Source of the DNA: Phoronis australis
Lineage: Eukaryota > Animalia > Phoronida
Assembly: GCA_002633005.1 (NCBI GenBank)
Contig: NMRA01000634.1
Location: forward strand, 124,001 to 188,000
Direction: 5' to 3'
DNA length: 64,000 bases
Positions 1-13,300 of this stretch are shown here, piece by piece. A program made the position numbers and the translations under genes. The notes beneath the pieces are model-generated. The model searched no databases. It was not told the origin of the DNA and saw only the letters and a list, made by a program, of their open reading frames with translations. The stretch's first letter is position 1; each line of letters begins with the position of its first letter.

Positions 1-83
1 TGACAAATCTTCCTGTGACATAGTATCGTCTTATTAACTCAATGAACCCAGATTAAGATCTAGATTTTCTACTAAAAGGTTTC

Positions 84-224
84 CGTGTGCAGGAACAGAA
101 CTCGTTTCCCTTTGAAATTTCCCGGATATTTCTCTATCGCTGCATGCATACCTAGCAAGGCCTTTCCAGTATAACTCGGGTCTAATATTATGCTCGTCTT
201 CCTGGAAAGTTTTAGAGAGAGTTC
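84..224 (-). pseudogene. Orphan exon of a D-cysteine desulfhydrase / ACC deaminase-like PLP enzyme (C-terminal part)
   Basis: Translation ELSLKLSRKTSIILDPSYTGKALLGMHAAIEKYPGNFKGKRVLFLHT matches the family motifs LDPxYTGKA and F(L/I)HTGG. The expected splice sites look mutated (tttttctg instead of tttttcag; cacacg/gaaacc instead of gt), and I saw no upstream exons in 250-7000. Confidence 0.6.
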
Positions 225-1355
225 CAGAAAAATAAAACAACAATACGAATTCAATGAGCCGCTAATTAGACCTTTCTATTGTCGCGCCTGTGACTCCATT
301 TTCGAATTAAAAAACACGAACTCCACTTAAGTACCTTACTTAGATCGGACCTGAATTCCGGGCTGGGAAAGAATGAACAACACATAATGCAGAAGACAGG
401 CTCCACGTCCGAACACTACAATATACTGTCACTAGTTGGATGATAGCGAGTATAAATAGAGTCATTTGCTTAACAAGAATCGAGTAGTAAAAACGAATGA
501 AAACAACTGGGTAGCAGTGGTGCGGTGTTGTAGCTGTAGTGATGCATGTAGCTGCTGTCCACGCCAGCTGCCTGCGTTCCTGCCTAGCTTTGAAGCCATC
601 TGCCTTAGTGCCTTCGTAAGTAGGACTGCATTTCTCGTTCAGACCACCTGCAATAGGGACTGGGAAATCAGACCTCACGTAGTAGAGCTTTTCAAACACG
701 TACTGCATCTCGTGATGAAGCAGAAATCGCTCATATGATTGTTAGACATACAGTTCTTATTCACCTATTTCACGAAAGCGCCATCTTCCCGCGCCATCTT
801 TAAATACTTATCGAAAACGAGGCACACTGATAAAACCTCGTGAGTGGTCATCAGCTGGCCATCATGGTGTACTGTGCAGTGCCTAAACGTACCAATTCCA
901 GTAATAACTCGTCGGTATCCTTCGGAGGGATATACTCGCCACTCGCCCAGTCGTCAATGCGAGTAAAAATGGTGCTGGGCGAGTAGAAGTTGACTTGCCG
1001 GTCGCCTAGGTGGCGAGCGAATTTCAGAGCGCAAAAGCACTATCGTTTCCCAGATGAATATGAATAATTTTCCTCCTCCTTGTGCTGTTTTTATCATGAA
1101 TTTAAGGTTCAGTTTGGTCATCGTGTCGATGCTCCGGCAGTAAAAAGCATCGGCGCAGTGCGACCCTACCGATTCAGTACATGTCACCCGTTAGCGATTC
1201 GTCAAAAAAATCACAGTGTGTGGTCGTGCACAAAGAGTTGTGGACTAGTCCGAAACAAAGAAAAGGGGAGAAAGGTGGAAGACCGGTTCATGTGCTCATA
1301 GCAAATGAAATACCACATTTCACAATGTCATTTTAGCCAAAATTATATTTATAAC

Positions 1356-2591
1356 ATTCGTCCTAATAAGCGCCCATGTCCCTATAAGCGTCCCCACTCG
1401 TTTTCAGATTTCGGTAAAGTAAGCGCCCTGTCCATGAATGTGTATATGTGCGAAAAATGTCTTACCTCACAATTCTAAAATTCTACAGTAATGTATTCAA
1501 TTTATCAATAATATCCGACAGTCCTGAAAAATCATTGTGCGCGGAATTTCTAGTAGACCACGAGCTTCGCCGCTATGTGGGTATTTAGCCGTGGCTGTAC
1601 ACTTCAAACCGTTCCGCAGTGCTTCAAAAAGAACGCAAAAGATTTGCTGATCTTGCGAAGAAAGTGTCACACTATATAGTCTGGCCCTTCAGAACAGACG
1701 CAGCGTACTGGTCAACTGGATTGGTATTGTATCTTTCCCCTACAGATCATCTCCCACAACAGGAATCCAGATTGCTTTGTACACGTAAAATTATAAAAAC
1801 CGCGAATCGAAACTTGGCCAAGAAGCGCGCGCTAGGGCCTACATATAATATGTGGGCCTGCTCAATGAGATAAATATAACTACATATACAGCTCATTGGG
1901 CCTGCTACTCTGGCAAATGAACACTGATTACAGGCACGCGCTCGCTCACTCGGTGCACACCTGTTGACTCACTTCAATACAAACGTCACGTGACAACAAC
2001 ATATGTGTTGTCCAGATTTTTCTCGTTGCGGGGTGCGATCTAGCGCAGATTTTGACTTAATCTGCGGTTAATCCCAACTCCGAGTCCACAGGAACTTAAG
2101 AATCTTAGGAAAGGCGATTTGGAAAACTTAAGGAGGATTTCAGGTAATTTGAGTCGAAACTATTTTTACTCGGCAAGAATTCAAGTTGTCCTATCAGTCG
2201 GCAAGTTTTCGCCCTGGGATTTCAGCACATGTTTTTTTTAAAAGATCGTAATTTAACAACAGAGTTTGATAGCAATGCACCAGAGTTTTGTAGAAAGTCT
2301 GTCATATGTTACACATACGTCACAGCGCGTAAATTTGATAAATCCTAGCTTCCGATTTCACCCGTTTCCGAGACCGGGCGTATGTTCAGTAGACGCTAGG
2401 ACCTACGCTAGGACTTAGCTAAAACCTAGTTAAAGTCACGTGTTCTTATTTAAAATGCACGGCAATATCTCACGTAATCTCGCGAAGTCTTGCTTTTTAG
2501 CGAGGTCCTAGCGTTACTGAACGGGAGGCGGGTTTTAACCGCCGTAGGCTACAAAAAGCGTCCCCCTGGGTGCTTATTAGGGCGAATACGG
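1356..2591. mobile_element. Non-autonomous Tc1/mariner-pogo-type DNA element (CCGTA-type TIR)
   Basis: Right end gggtgcttattagggcgaatacgg+TA at 2568-2593; left end ttcgtcctaataagcgccc (outermost bases eroded). An inverted homologous copy lies at about 49340-50522. Confidence 0.55.
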
Positions 2592-3034
2592 TAGCCCTAG
2601 TAGATGGTGACATCAGTGCACGAAACGATGATTTTTATTTAAACTAGCAGCACGTTTGTGGTGACTGGCGCCAACGGCCGGGTGATTGAACTTCGGGCTG
2701 GACGAGTAGAAGTTTTCTGGCTCCGGCACTCGCCCAGCTGGCGAGCAGGGTTTTTCAAGACAATAAAAGCCTGGGTACATGTATATCCCTGACTTCCACA
2801 CTTTTCCAAAAGTGGGAAAACTACTAAGGAATGGCTGAGGAGGGTAAAATTGTAGTTGCCGTGCGTATTGGTATGTTTTTTGGAGATCATTTCAACATCA
2901 GACAAATTGATTTTTGGTAACGCTGATAAGTCTTTTGACCACTCCACCTTAATGGACGATGCCATGTTTGCCAAGGCGCCTCGTTTTCGATCAACACGAT
3001 AGCAGCGCCGCGCGTTCGTGAAATAGGTGAATAA

Positions 3035-3390
3035 TACACGTTCTTAGTGGTCCTAATACTAGGTTCATTGTCTACACAGGAGTCGATCCTAGGCATGAAA
3101 GACCTAACATGGTTATTCTTAAAAGAATTAGAATAACCACTGTCAACTAAAACTTGTTTGAGGCGTTGAACTTCAACGTTGAATGCTTGCCAATGAGATG
3201 CTATCTGGTGCTCCCTCTTGAGGTAACTAGTCAAAACCCCTAGCTTGTAGATTTCGGAGAAATCACTTTTAGTTTGTAAACAAGCACCGATATCCGTAGC
3301 TTTATGATAAACTAAAGTACGAAACCCATCGTCACAACAATGTACAAGGACATCGAGAAAAGGCATTTTTTTCACAAACAGGCAATTCAT
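3035..3390 (-). mobile_element. Penelope-like retroelement, RT C-terminal/thumb fragment (inverted relative to the rest of the element)
   Basis: PFLDVLV...RTLVYHKATDIGACL...YKLGVLTSYLKR...W..F..EVQRLKQVLVDSGYSNSF is the typical PLE RT C-terminal pattern. Confidence 0.8.
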
Positions 3391-3478
3391 ACTTGAATTT
3401 AATATGATAGATTTAATGTAGTCTATTATTATCAGAATATAAATTCACGTCACCTTGTCATGACAAATAACCCCAGTC

Positions 3479-4225
3479 GTGAAAGACTACGACCAGTGGC
3501 CAAATGTAATGTTGTCTATCAATTCACAATGTCTTCGTCCCCATTCTTGTGAACAGAGTTACAGGTACATTGGACAGACGGTGTGCTCTCTCTCGCGACG
3601 GTTGTCCATGCACTTGCAGGGCGGGTCCATTCAAGATCACTTTGTATACCAACATGGCCGAAAGATTACTAGACAGGAGACAGTTGATGACATCAGACCA
3701 CCTGAACTGTTTTGTTTTGTTTTTTTTTATAGTAGACAGTACCATCATCCGCTATGTTGAAAATGACATTTTTCGGCTAAAGATTTTGGAATCTCTGTTG
3801 ATCCGTAACGAAAAACCCGAGTTGAATGAACAGTTCACAGTTGTGCAGCGCACGCTGGCTCTGTTTCTGTAGGGTTGCGGGCTTCCTACCGTGTGATACA
3901 TTTACAGTCTCTGCTTGTATGCCCCTCTTCCCACTGTCACGTGTATTTCAATGTTTATTTCGCTCTGTATAAGTTCATTCAACTCATTGCCTGATGACGT
4001 GACATGAAGTCACGAAATATAGGTACTGCTTTTATTTGTATTTGTTATGTCTCTCGGTCCTTTACTTCATACCTGCACACCAGAAGAAAGGAGACTGTTC
4101 CGAAATTACCAACGTACCAGTATCAAGCTTGTTAACAAAAATCTAGTCGTGTCTTTAACAAAAGTTTGTGTAAACAAAGGGCTACTACCGAACTATACTG
4201 ATATCGAAATACACACAACTCTAAA
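3479..4225 (+). mobile_element. Penelope-like retroelement: GIY-YIG endonuclease, 3' UTR and restart of the ORF N-terminus (pseudo-LTR)
   Basis: YIGQT.CSLSRRLSMHL...IQDHF..QH, then RLKILESLLIRNEKPELNEQ after a short T-rich insertion that frameshifts it. ORF 4047-4244 (MSLGPLL...VCVNKGLLPNYT) resembles a PLE ORF start. Confidence 0.8.
3985..4028 (+). ncRNA. Minimal hammerhead-ribozyme-like motif of the Penelope element
   Basis: CTGATGA (3991-3997), stem II GTGAC-atgaa-GTCAC, GAAA, palindromic TATA, and an imperfect stem I (cattgc / gtactg). It sits between the EN and the ORF restart, where PLE hammerheads normally lie. Confidence 0.6.
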
Positions 4226-4764
4226 GGTTTGTTGTTGTTTATAGAAATCTACATGTATGTGATGCATTAATTCATGTTTGTGTTTCTTCGCGTTGATTAA
4301 CGTAATTTGACCTTGAAGAATTCTCAGCAATGGAAATTTCCATTGAAAACGGATATCTAATATTTCTTTGAAAAAAAATTCCCAATGAAAATATTTCCCA
4401 GTGTAATACTTTTTTCAAGGGTTATAGTACTGACCTAATTTCCTAAAAACTGGTTGACTTCGATCTTCTTCAAAATTCTCATGTCGCACAATTTTCTCTC
4501 CTAATTGGTTAACATACCTAGCCGATGAGTTCATTGAAAACGTACACGCAACCGAACAGTCCAACTTCATTGGATTCCTCCCACCGGAATAGGATAACGT
4601 TTCTCACCCCTTTAATTCCTACAAGAACAATTTTGGAGGAAAAGCCGACACTTTTCTTCTCCCTACCCAGTTTTTGTTAGAAAAATTAATGCAGGTATTG
4701 CAGATATATTTTCTCTGTTATCATATTTAAACAAAAAGGGCAGTTCCCGCAATTGCGCATGCGC

Positions 4765-7085
4765 ACTTACAACTCTGCGCGTGGTATACACACTTGCATA
4801 ATGGATTGTAGGCATAAGTTGCGTCGTTGGTGTGAAAGGGAGAGTTGTCCCTGTCATACTATAAAAAAACAAGTGGCAAAAATTGGAATGTCAACAGAAA
4901 ACTGCCCTTAAGGACCCCAAAATTGAGCCTAATGACCCCGAAGCTTAAAAAAATTTTCATTACTATACCAACCTGATGTGTGAATTCAAGCCCAACAATC
5001 AGTTTGCACCCATTCACCTTTGACCTTAAAATGGGTTCTATTAATCGTATAGGAAATCCGCATGTTCTCTGGATGAACCTATGCAGCACCTATCTGTTTA
5101 CAAAATATAAGGAAATCCATGTCAAAAATTACAGGGTTAAATTAAAGCGTTTCATCAAGTAATTTAGGCTGGTTGAACTCTCTGAGGGCCTTGTATTGCA
5201 TTTTGGGTACTAACAATAGTATCAATGAAAATCAGTTGTTTAATGGTTGAACCAGCATGGATATGAAATATGTCGACAGTCAACTTGGTTGAAAGTCAAA
5301 AACATTTCAGAAAAGTGCGCTTAATGATCCCAAAATTGCACCCAATGACCTCAAACACCGTGTCTGAACTTCGTTGATGAATGACAACGATGTGCATGAA
5401 TTTAAAAGGTCTAGATCAAAAATCATTTTTGCGCTCACTGATCGGTAAGGCCTACACCCGCAGAGTAATAAAATTGGAGAAAACCAAGGAAGAACAGTAC
5501 TATGCGCTTACGTGCGCATGGTAATAATAATAGTAATAAGAATAAGAATGAAATTGAATAAAACCCAGGAACAACATTACTCTGCACTTACACGCGCAGA
5601 GTAATAAAATTCAAGAATAAGAAGGAGAAATAGTTAGAGGATCCAATCGGAAAACATATCCAAACATTTTTCTGTGTTTTCACTGAGCGCCCTTGGGTAC
5701 AAATAACAACGAGAAATCGAATCTGTATTGTAATCCTCTGGGAAAGATCAATGTTACAGTATGTGTTTGACATTTTACAATGAAAGGATGAGACAAAGAA
5801 TAATAAGATGCTACTCCCAAAACAACTTGTTAAATTTTACGTTTCATACATTTCTGCGTTTGACATTTATATATCTGTAACTCGTGTCATTCATAAATAA
5901 AGGGGTACTGTTTGTTTAACATCCTTTGTACTAGACGACAAAAACTCATTGTTTTAATGTGCAGTTACGTGAACATTTAATATTCATTAAATAATCTTCG
6001 TCACGGCAGACTGTTCTCACGGGTCGTCGACATAACTGCTGGTAAATTAGTTGTTGCTAGTGGTTACTATGACAACAACCCTTATGTTCTCGTGGATTAA
6101 CGGGAGTAAATCTACAGAAATGACAGCTCCCCATCACAACAACTACCGGATTCGACATGGTCCAATTTTAATGTAAAGAATTCATGAACTTCTGGTGAAA
6201 AAACGCATCTCTTGCAAATCAGAGCCAAATGAAACCAAATAAAATAACTCACAGATAAAGCAGTTTCTAAAATTCATGTGGAAACGCCTTGAATTGTTTA
6301 TATACCGGCTGGCAACTGGAAAACGTAAAAACCAATAATCATTGGTCATTACATATTGAAATCACCAATTCTGTGCTGAAATTGAAGAGAATTCCTCGGA
6401 AATGTGGAAGATGTAACATTTTTAAAGGTAGTTGCCCTTTGCACTAATTGACCATATCCTGTGCATTACAAGCCTCTTTAAAAAAATATTGCAAAGTACG
6501 TGAAAAGTGTGTTTAATGCTAAGAATCACAGTTGTGTAACTGTTGAATACATACTAGATTAAAAAGTGGGAATTTCGGAAGAAAAATGCACCTGATGACC
6601 CTCATGGCTGCACCAAGTGATCTGAAACCTTGGATTAGGAACTCCATTACATGCACCAATCATATGTGTGAATTTGATATGTCTAGCTCAAAATTTTAGT
6701 TTGCACCTCATGACCTTTGACCTGTTTAATCTGATTGGACCACCCGATACCTTAGAGAAGTAAACTCTTAAATTGTCTTGTTGACTTACGCCTGTTCGCT
6801 TACTTTGAAGAGAAGACCTTTTAAAGTTAAGCAGGAGTGGCATTTTGAATTTTTATCACCTTTCCACCAAATGACCTATTCCGGTTCATTATAGAATATG
6901 ATTATATAATGAATGGAAATTTAAATACCATTAAATATTATACGTTAAATTTAACGATTATACTTGCACTCATGATGTATTTATTAGGCTTCAAACTCGT
7001 CGGAAGAAGAACAAGAAGTGTAAGAATAAAATTGAAGAAAACCCAGGAACAACAGAACTCTGCGCTTACACGCGCATAGTAATAA
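4765..7085 (+). repeat. Cluster of Helentron/HINE-like non-autonomous repeats
   Basis: The 3' hairpin actctgcgc-ttacac-gcgcagagt followed by aataa recurs at about 5455-5475 (partial), 5497-5530, 5576-5605 and 7055-7085. A matching actctgcgcgt occurs at about 4773, with internal tgacctttgacct-type motifs. Confidence 0.45.
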
Positions 7086-7230
7086 ACCTGCTTTCATTTC
7101 TTCCTGGAATGTGCTAAAGCCAGCTCCGTGTTCCATCTTGCCACTATTCAATACTTCGATTCACCATCGCTTGACAACATGCGTGCTCCCCCGGAATGTT
7201 TTTCTATGTTTTTGCTCAACAACGACCATT

Positions 7231-7262
7231 TATATAAGGCAAGTGAAGTGGGGTATGCAGTT
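7231..7262 (+). promoter_or_regulatory. TATA box and Inr-like site of the mosaic lectin gene
   Basis: TATATAAG at 7231-7238, GCAGTT about 28 nt downstream, ATG at 7277. Confidence 0.6.
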
Positions 7263-7276
7263 ACGACGTCAAAGAG

Positions 7277-7328
7277 ATGATGTTGCGAACATTTGTCCTG
7301 ATTTCGCTTCTTTTTCTTCCTTGCTCGG
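7277..7328 (+). CDS. Exon 1: signal peptide
   Basis: MMLRTFVLISLLFLPCS(G): basic residue, hydrophobic core, small residues; donor G|gtaagt, phase 1. Confidence 0.85.
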
Positions 7329-10300
7329 GTAAGTGGGAAGTTTTTTTTTGATAACTCAGAGACATTAAAAAACATGGCGTAGGAAAGAAATGCTAAGAAA
7401 CTGTTAACATGACATCTTTAACGGACTTTGAAGCAAAACGTGTAAACCTTACTTCATTCTGAAACTGCTTGAAACGAAGTAAGTTTTTAGTCACCATGAA
7501 ATTTTCTGAAATATTTTTTCTGAAAGTTTTTTGTTTCGCGCAAACACCAGAAAGTGTTTCCCATACGTTTCAACCAAGTACACACAACAAGATTAAGTGC
7601 TTTATTGTTGTACAGTCAAAAATGTTAGTAGGCTAAGCAACAATTGTCTAGATTACGTGGTCAGCAAAGTGTGATGTGTGTAATAACAATATTCTTTGAC
7701 CTGATTTACACCAATGCCACTTTAATTCCACTACATAACTATAAATCGTCGTGACAGACCGTCCGGAGTTGGTGTATGGTGCAACTCCGGACGGTCTGGG
7801 GTCAACAGAAAACCACAGTTCAACTGTGAGTTTACACCAATGGGACAAAAGAGAGTAGTTCTACTTGCCACGTCAGTTGCAGGTTTGCTTATCTCTTTTA
7901 TGGAACACAATGTATGACTGGGCAAAGCGTTTTCAAAATAATGTGGATAAATCAGCGGAGTGTGAGACCCCTGAGGTCCCTGTCAAGTCCCCACGACAAT
8001 TCTACGTTATGGTATGCGAGACTAGAAACTTACCCAGCGTTTAATAGTTTATTCCATGCGCTGCCTTTTTATTTTGATAAACACAATGAATGGCAACTCA
8101 ATTCATTTTGCAGTGGTGCTAATATCTGAATTTGAACAATTTCATTACTTTTAACAGGTTATTATTTTATAAAGTATTCGAGAAAATCGGTTGACACTAG
8201 TCCTGGTGACGAAGAGACACATTGGTCAGTGACACTGTCACAGTGTGAGCGCCTCTGTGCACAGTGGTCGCCATGCAAGTCATTTACCTACAGTGGCGGA
8301 GAAGGGATATGTACTCTATACAAACAAGACAGGAACTACTTCATAGGAGCCGGAGACTATGTCACCCAATCGGGAGTCGACTTTCACGACAGAGGTAAGT
8401 TTATTTGAGGTCGCAATTCAAGCACAGAGAAGAGTATCTGACTAGGAACTGGTGAGACTTGCTCCGGTTTAGCGTGATCCTTTTCATTTTGTAAACCTCG
8501 TGTAGATCAGGATTGTTCTAAAACACCCCTCGATCCGCGACTGGCTCTACCCACAACCCCCTGAACCCACAACCCCCTCGACCCACAACCCCCTCGATTC
8601 ACCACTTACAATACCCAAAACCGGGTTCGGCTCCGTCAGGTTATCGACTCACCTCGGACTTTGCTGAGTCAGGCAAGGTACTTGTATTAAGAACACTGTA
8701 CAACAGTGCACACCTGTAAAATAAGCAGAAGACAAAGCAGACGGACCGCCAAAGCCTAGGAAACATGCCGATGCTCATTTCGTCCCACAGCGGGACTGGA
8801 AGGCCGACGATGCCGATGGACAGGAATCACGAACTATTTTTCAGTTTGAGGGATCGGAGTGCGACAACAGCTTTTCCGTGTAAATGACTCCAACGGAACC
8901 AGTCCACAGGCTCGGGCGCATTTTCTGAAAATTGTACTTTCCACCTTATTTTATACTATTTGTGTATACGAGGTATGATCAATAGCAATTTGTAATCGTC
9001 CTACTGTGGCAAAATCACCCCATGAACATTTTTGTTGATGCTTTAGTATTTTGCTAAGCAATATATTGTGGGATTACGTCTCTAAAAATTGTCTCACCGA
9101 GTGTGAGATTCCGTGAATGACAAAGTCATTTAGTGTCATACCGCTATTTTGGTGTAATCGTCCTGGCTAAGAGAGATAAGGGGGAGGGAAGGAGGGAGGT
9201 TGAAGCCGGAGATCCTTTAAGGCAAAATCCAATTCATTGAGGATAACGTAATACAGGTAAGCAATAGAAAATATGATAATTATTATTTGCTAGTCGTACA
9301 CTTGACATACCGTTGGATGACAATGAAATCAATCGTGTATGTAATTCAAAACCAAAAATTAATAATTCCCAACGATTTTCATTGAATTTCGTGGGCAATT
9401 TGAAAATTATGCCACTGAAACACTTTAGATGTCCCAATCTAACATCGGAGAGTCTGTCATGAAACAATCTCTTGTTTTTGACTGGCACAAAAGATTCACA
9501 GATGCAAAGGACAGTCTCAAGGATGATCAGCTTACAGCCATGCTCTCAACAACAATGACGTCATTGTTGTAAGAGCCAAATTGTCGGCTGCTGGTCTATG
9601 AAAACTTATGGCTGACAGAACTTTGACCATGAGTAGACGTGTAATGAGATTGTAATCTCATTTGGAACATGAGTTTCTTTGAGGACTTGAGCAGGTGAAG
9701 GGTGCCTGCAAAACTTGTGGTAGGTCAAAAAGGAAACTGCATGAACACTTGCAGGGATCTCAGACAACCGTTGGCCTCATGTCCTGATCTTCTGTTAGTC
9801 ATCACAAGTAGTGATGAGTTGCGAATATACAGCTCATATTCTAAAACAAAATTTTATAGCTCTCAAGTAACATCTCCACCCTTTGCTCGCCCAAAAAAGC
9901 AAAGGTGCAATTAGGTACGTGACCTTAAGTATCGAGGACGCCTTGTTTAGTCAGCGTTCCTTTTGCAGTATCTTCAACTTGTGTTTCTACCTGTATCACC
10001 CAACCAACTATATCGTCGCCTATGTACTTGTTTTATAATTCTTTTGTGCGTGTTCGTTGAGTTCTCAGTGAGTTGTGTTTTTACACTCATCTTTGAACAG
10101 TTTATGCAATATTAATTTAGTTTTTCTCGCGAATTAACCAATGCTATTGAATGCGAAGATGTACTTTAGAGAACTGTGTAATGCACTCGTCATACGAGTG
10201 CATTACGCACGTGGATTACATTCGCTCTAACGAGAACATAGTCTTGTTCCTTCGCCGCCAGGTGAGAACGAGTAAAAATACACTTGTGTGAAGATGGCGA

Positions 10301-13300
10301 CGGGATGTGCAACTCTCTACTACTTAAAAAGAAGTTTGACACCTGTATGTAACTGTGTTCTTTACACTAGTATAAGAGAGTGCAATATAATCGTTCTCAT
10401 TCACCAAAATCGAGCAACCACGACTTCCAGATTCTTGCGTGCAGTATAAACTGACGATTGCAGCACTACTAAAAACAAGTGCATGAACCCGAGTGGCCGT
10501 TGTCCACCTGGCCGCGAAGGAGCTATGCACTTAAGAGCATTTCATTCGTATGACGTGCGCATGTCACTCGTATGACCAGTGCATTACACACGTCACGTTC
10601 TCAAAAGAACACGTCCGCGTTCCATATATGACAGCTCATCCTGTTTACTCTGCTAGCTCGGGAAGTTTTCTTCGCTAACAAATGGTGGACACACACATCG
10701 AACGTTTATGGTCTAAATTTGCATGGCGTTTAGTCCTATAATTTGTGTCATTCTGACCTGTCTACGTGGCACTGAATACACGAAACAGGTCAACATTGGA
10801 GAACTTTGTACGTTTAACTTAGTCCGACTCAAAAAAAAATATGTTATTACTTGTATGGGTGTTCATACTTTTGATTGTATGAGACCATATCCAGATATAT
10901 CTGGTGTGATGTCTTCATTTTCATAGTATCCAGAATTCTTTGCATTTTTTTTTCATACGCTGGTCTAAATGGAGATCAGGTTATATACTGACGTTGTCTT
11001 CCTGAGACAATCATACAATATATATTGAAGGAACTCAATGTAATTGTTTCGTTTCTTCACTGTCAAACCTGGCCCCCACAGCGTGCATATATATGAATCT
11101 TTTGGTCTCTTCTATATTTCAGTCACTAGCTGTTACTTCGACAACATTGACAAAAGTAAACTGAATTATGTGAATAAAACCACAACTGCAGCAGACTATC
11201 TGGTTTGCCAGCAACACTGCCTGAATGAAACAACGTTTGATTGTAAATCGGTGAACTATTACGCTAGCACGTCGACCTGTGAGTTGAATCATGGAAATCT
11301 AGACACCGTTACATCGTCCGTTTCATGGTATCAAGACTCAAGGTCACAGTACTATGGCAAGATATGCCCAGACAACCGTAAGCAAAACTTTTCTTGAACT
11401 TATCTCACAGTAACGACATACTCATTGACGTCTTCAATCTGGTCAAGCTCATAAGTTTCTGCGATTGGAATTGCACAGCAACCAGAAAGTTCTGGCAGTC
11501 ACTTTTATTTAGTGACATCCACTGACTTTACGTGGAAATATCAGCATATCCAGAAAAGTACTCAAAATGCTTCATACAGTCGGTCTTGACCCAATGAGAA
11601 AAATATCTAAACCGTAAACACTGACTGACTAAACTTTATTGCGTAATCTCGCAGTGTTTGTAATCTTGCCAATGTTCAATAACGGTTTCTGACACTTTAT
11701 GTTTCTCATTGTATTGTAGCATGTCGAAGCGGTTGGTATACGTGGCGCGGGCAGTGTTACAAGTTTGCCACCGAAAAAGCTTCTGTACAGTCCAACAATG
11801 CGTGGCTTAATGCCGTCGATGGATGTGCAGCGGAGTCGAGTGTGTTAACGAGTATAAACAGCGCGCAGGAAATGGATTTCATAAAATTCTTGGCAACGTA
11901 AGTTTTTGTTTGTGACTAAGAGTAATAGCGGGTAAACGCCCATAAGGGTGTTAGATGTAATTCCGTAATTTCAGCCTATTGATTGAGATGCTTCGATGAT
12001 TACTAAAAGTTACTCTCCCGATCAAAAAATTCAAAAAAATCATTTGGTGGCGGTAACCATGTTTTACTTTCCGCCTAATATCAAATCATTGTCTCCATTT
12101 ATCTGGAGCGTGAAAGTTTTTACTAGTTTGGAGAGGTCGTGTAAAAAAGTTAGCGAACATATACTATTTCATGAATAAACTCACGGCCATACTAATGTAA
12201 TACAGAAAAATAGCTGCCACTTTTAAATGCTTGGTCGTCTAGACTAGAATGTTGAATTACGAGAACAAACGGTCCCTAACAGATTGCTGCTGTTTCGTAA
12301 ACCAAGAGGTTTCGCACCAAGTATCGTGGGATTGACTGGCGTTACGGAACGCACAGCCGTATTCACCACAGCACAATTGAAGGTATAAAAAGTACTCCAA
12401 TGTGTCAATATGCAATAGAAAAAAATAATTTCACTTTTATTGCAGAAAATATTACCCGACCAGCAAGTTTTATATTGGCCTTTCATACGGCATCCATGGT
12501 AACGAGTGGATTGACGGGTCTGCGACTTTCTTCACAAACTTTGACCATGGTAAGTGTAACTATTTATCGCCACTTTTCGTCACGAAATCCAACACGACGA
12601 GAACTTTGCACGACCAAGTAAATTGATATTTTTGTAATTTAATAGCAACGTCGCGGTTTTGGACATTATCTTCACTGCGTCACAGCTAACCCGAATTGCC
12701 TATTTAACGACAGGAGGCAATACCATGTTCCATGGCTTCGAATCTAAATCCCGGTTCCTCATCAAGAGATTAAGCACTTGACGAAAATGGTCCGTACACA
12801 ATGTCCAAACTCCAACTCCGGAAACAAACTTCAGTTCCTGGCACCGGTCTCTGGGTGAGGAATCTGGTCTCCGGAACTGGAGTATGGCTACCAGAATGAA
12901 ACATATTCGTCGCGTATGTGGGGCGCTGGGGTTTCGGTACCAGGTAGTAGTTGGAAAGGTTAATATGATTGTACAGAATGTAGTTAGTCAGAGACGAGGC
13001 AATGAAGTAGCTTCCGTGATCTGAAGAGACTGAGATCCGGTTTTAGTTGAAGTTTTTTGTCATCTAGCCCCAGAATATACTTTCTAAGTCCGTTGCTGGA
13101 TCTGATTTTATGCAAATAGACGTTTACGCCTTATCTGGTCAATGATGTTTCATGCTCCTGTTAACATAGTCCTTGAAGACAGGTAGTTCCATTCCAATTC
13201 CTGGTGTGGCCTCGATAGTGTTCTAGACAAAGTTTTCCAGGCCAATCCTGTCATGAAACAGCGTCGTTTTGAGGGAGGCCAGTAACCAATTGTTTCCATT

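Noticed and set aside
340-1301. ORFs of 70-120 aa near the window start
   Set aside because: No motif or splice support; probably non-coding repeat sequence.
2639-2974. WSKDLSALPKINLSDV as the N-terminus of a YqaJ/SWIM-type transposon protein
   Set aside because: Only a short suggestive motif with nothing downstream; not enough to call.
8547-8600. acccacaaccccct repeated three times
   Set aside because: A short tandem repeat with no evidence of function.
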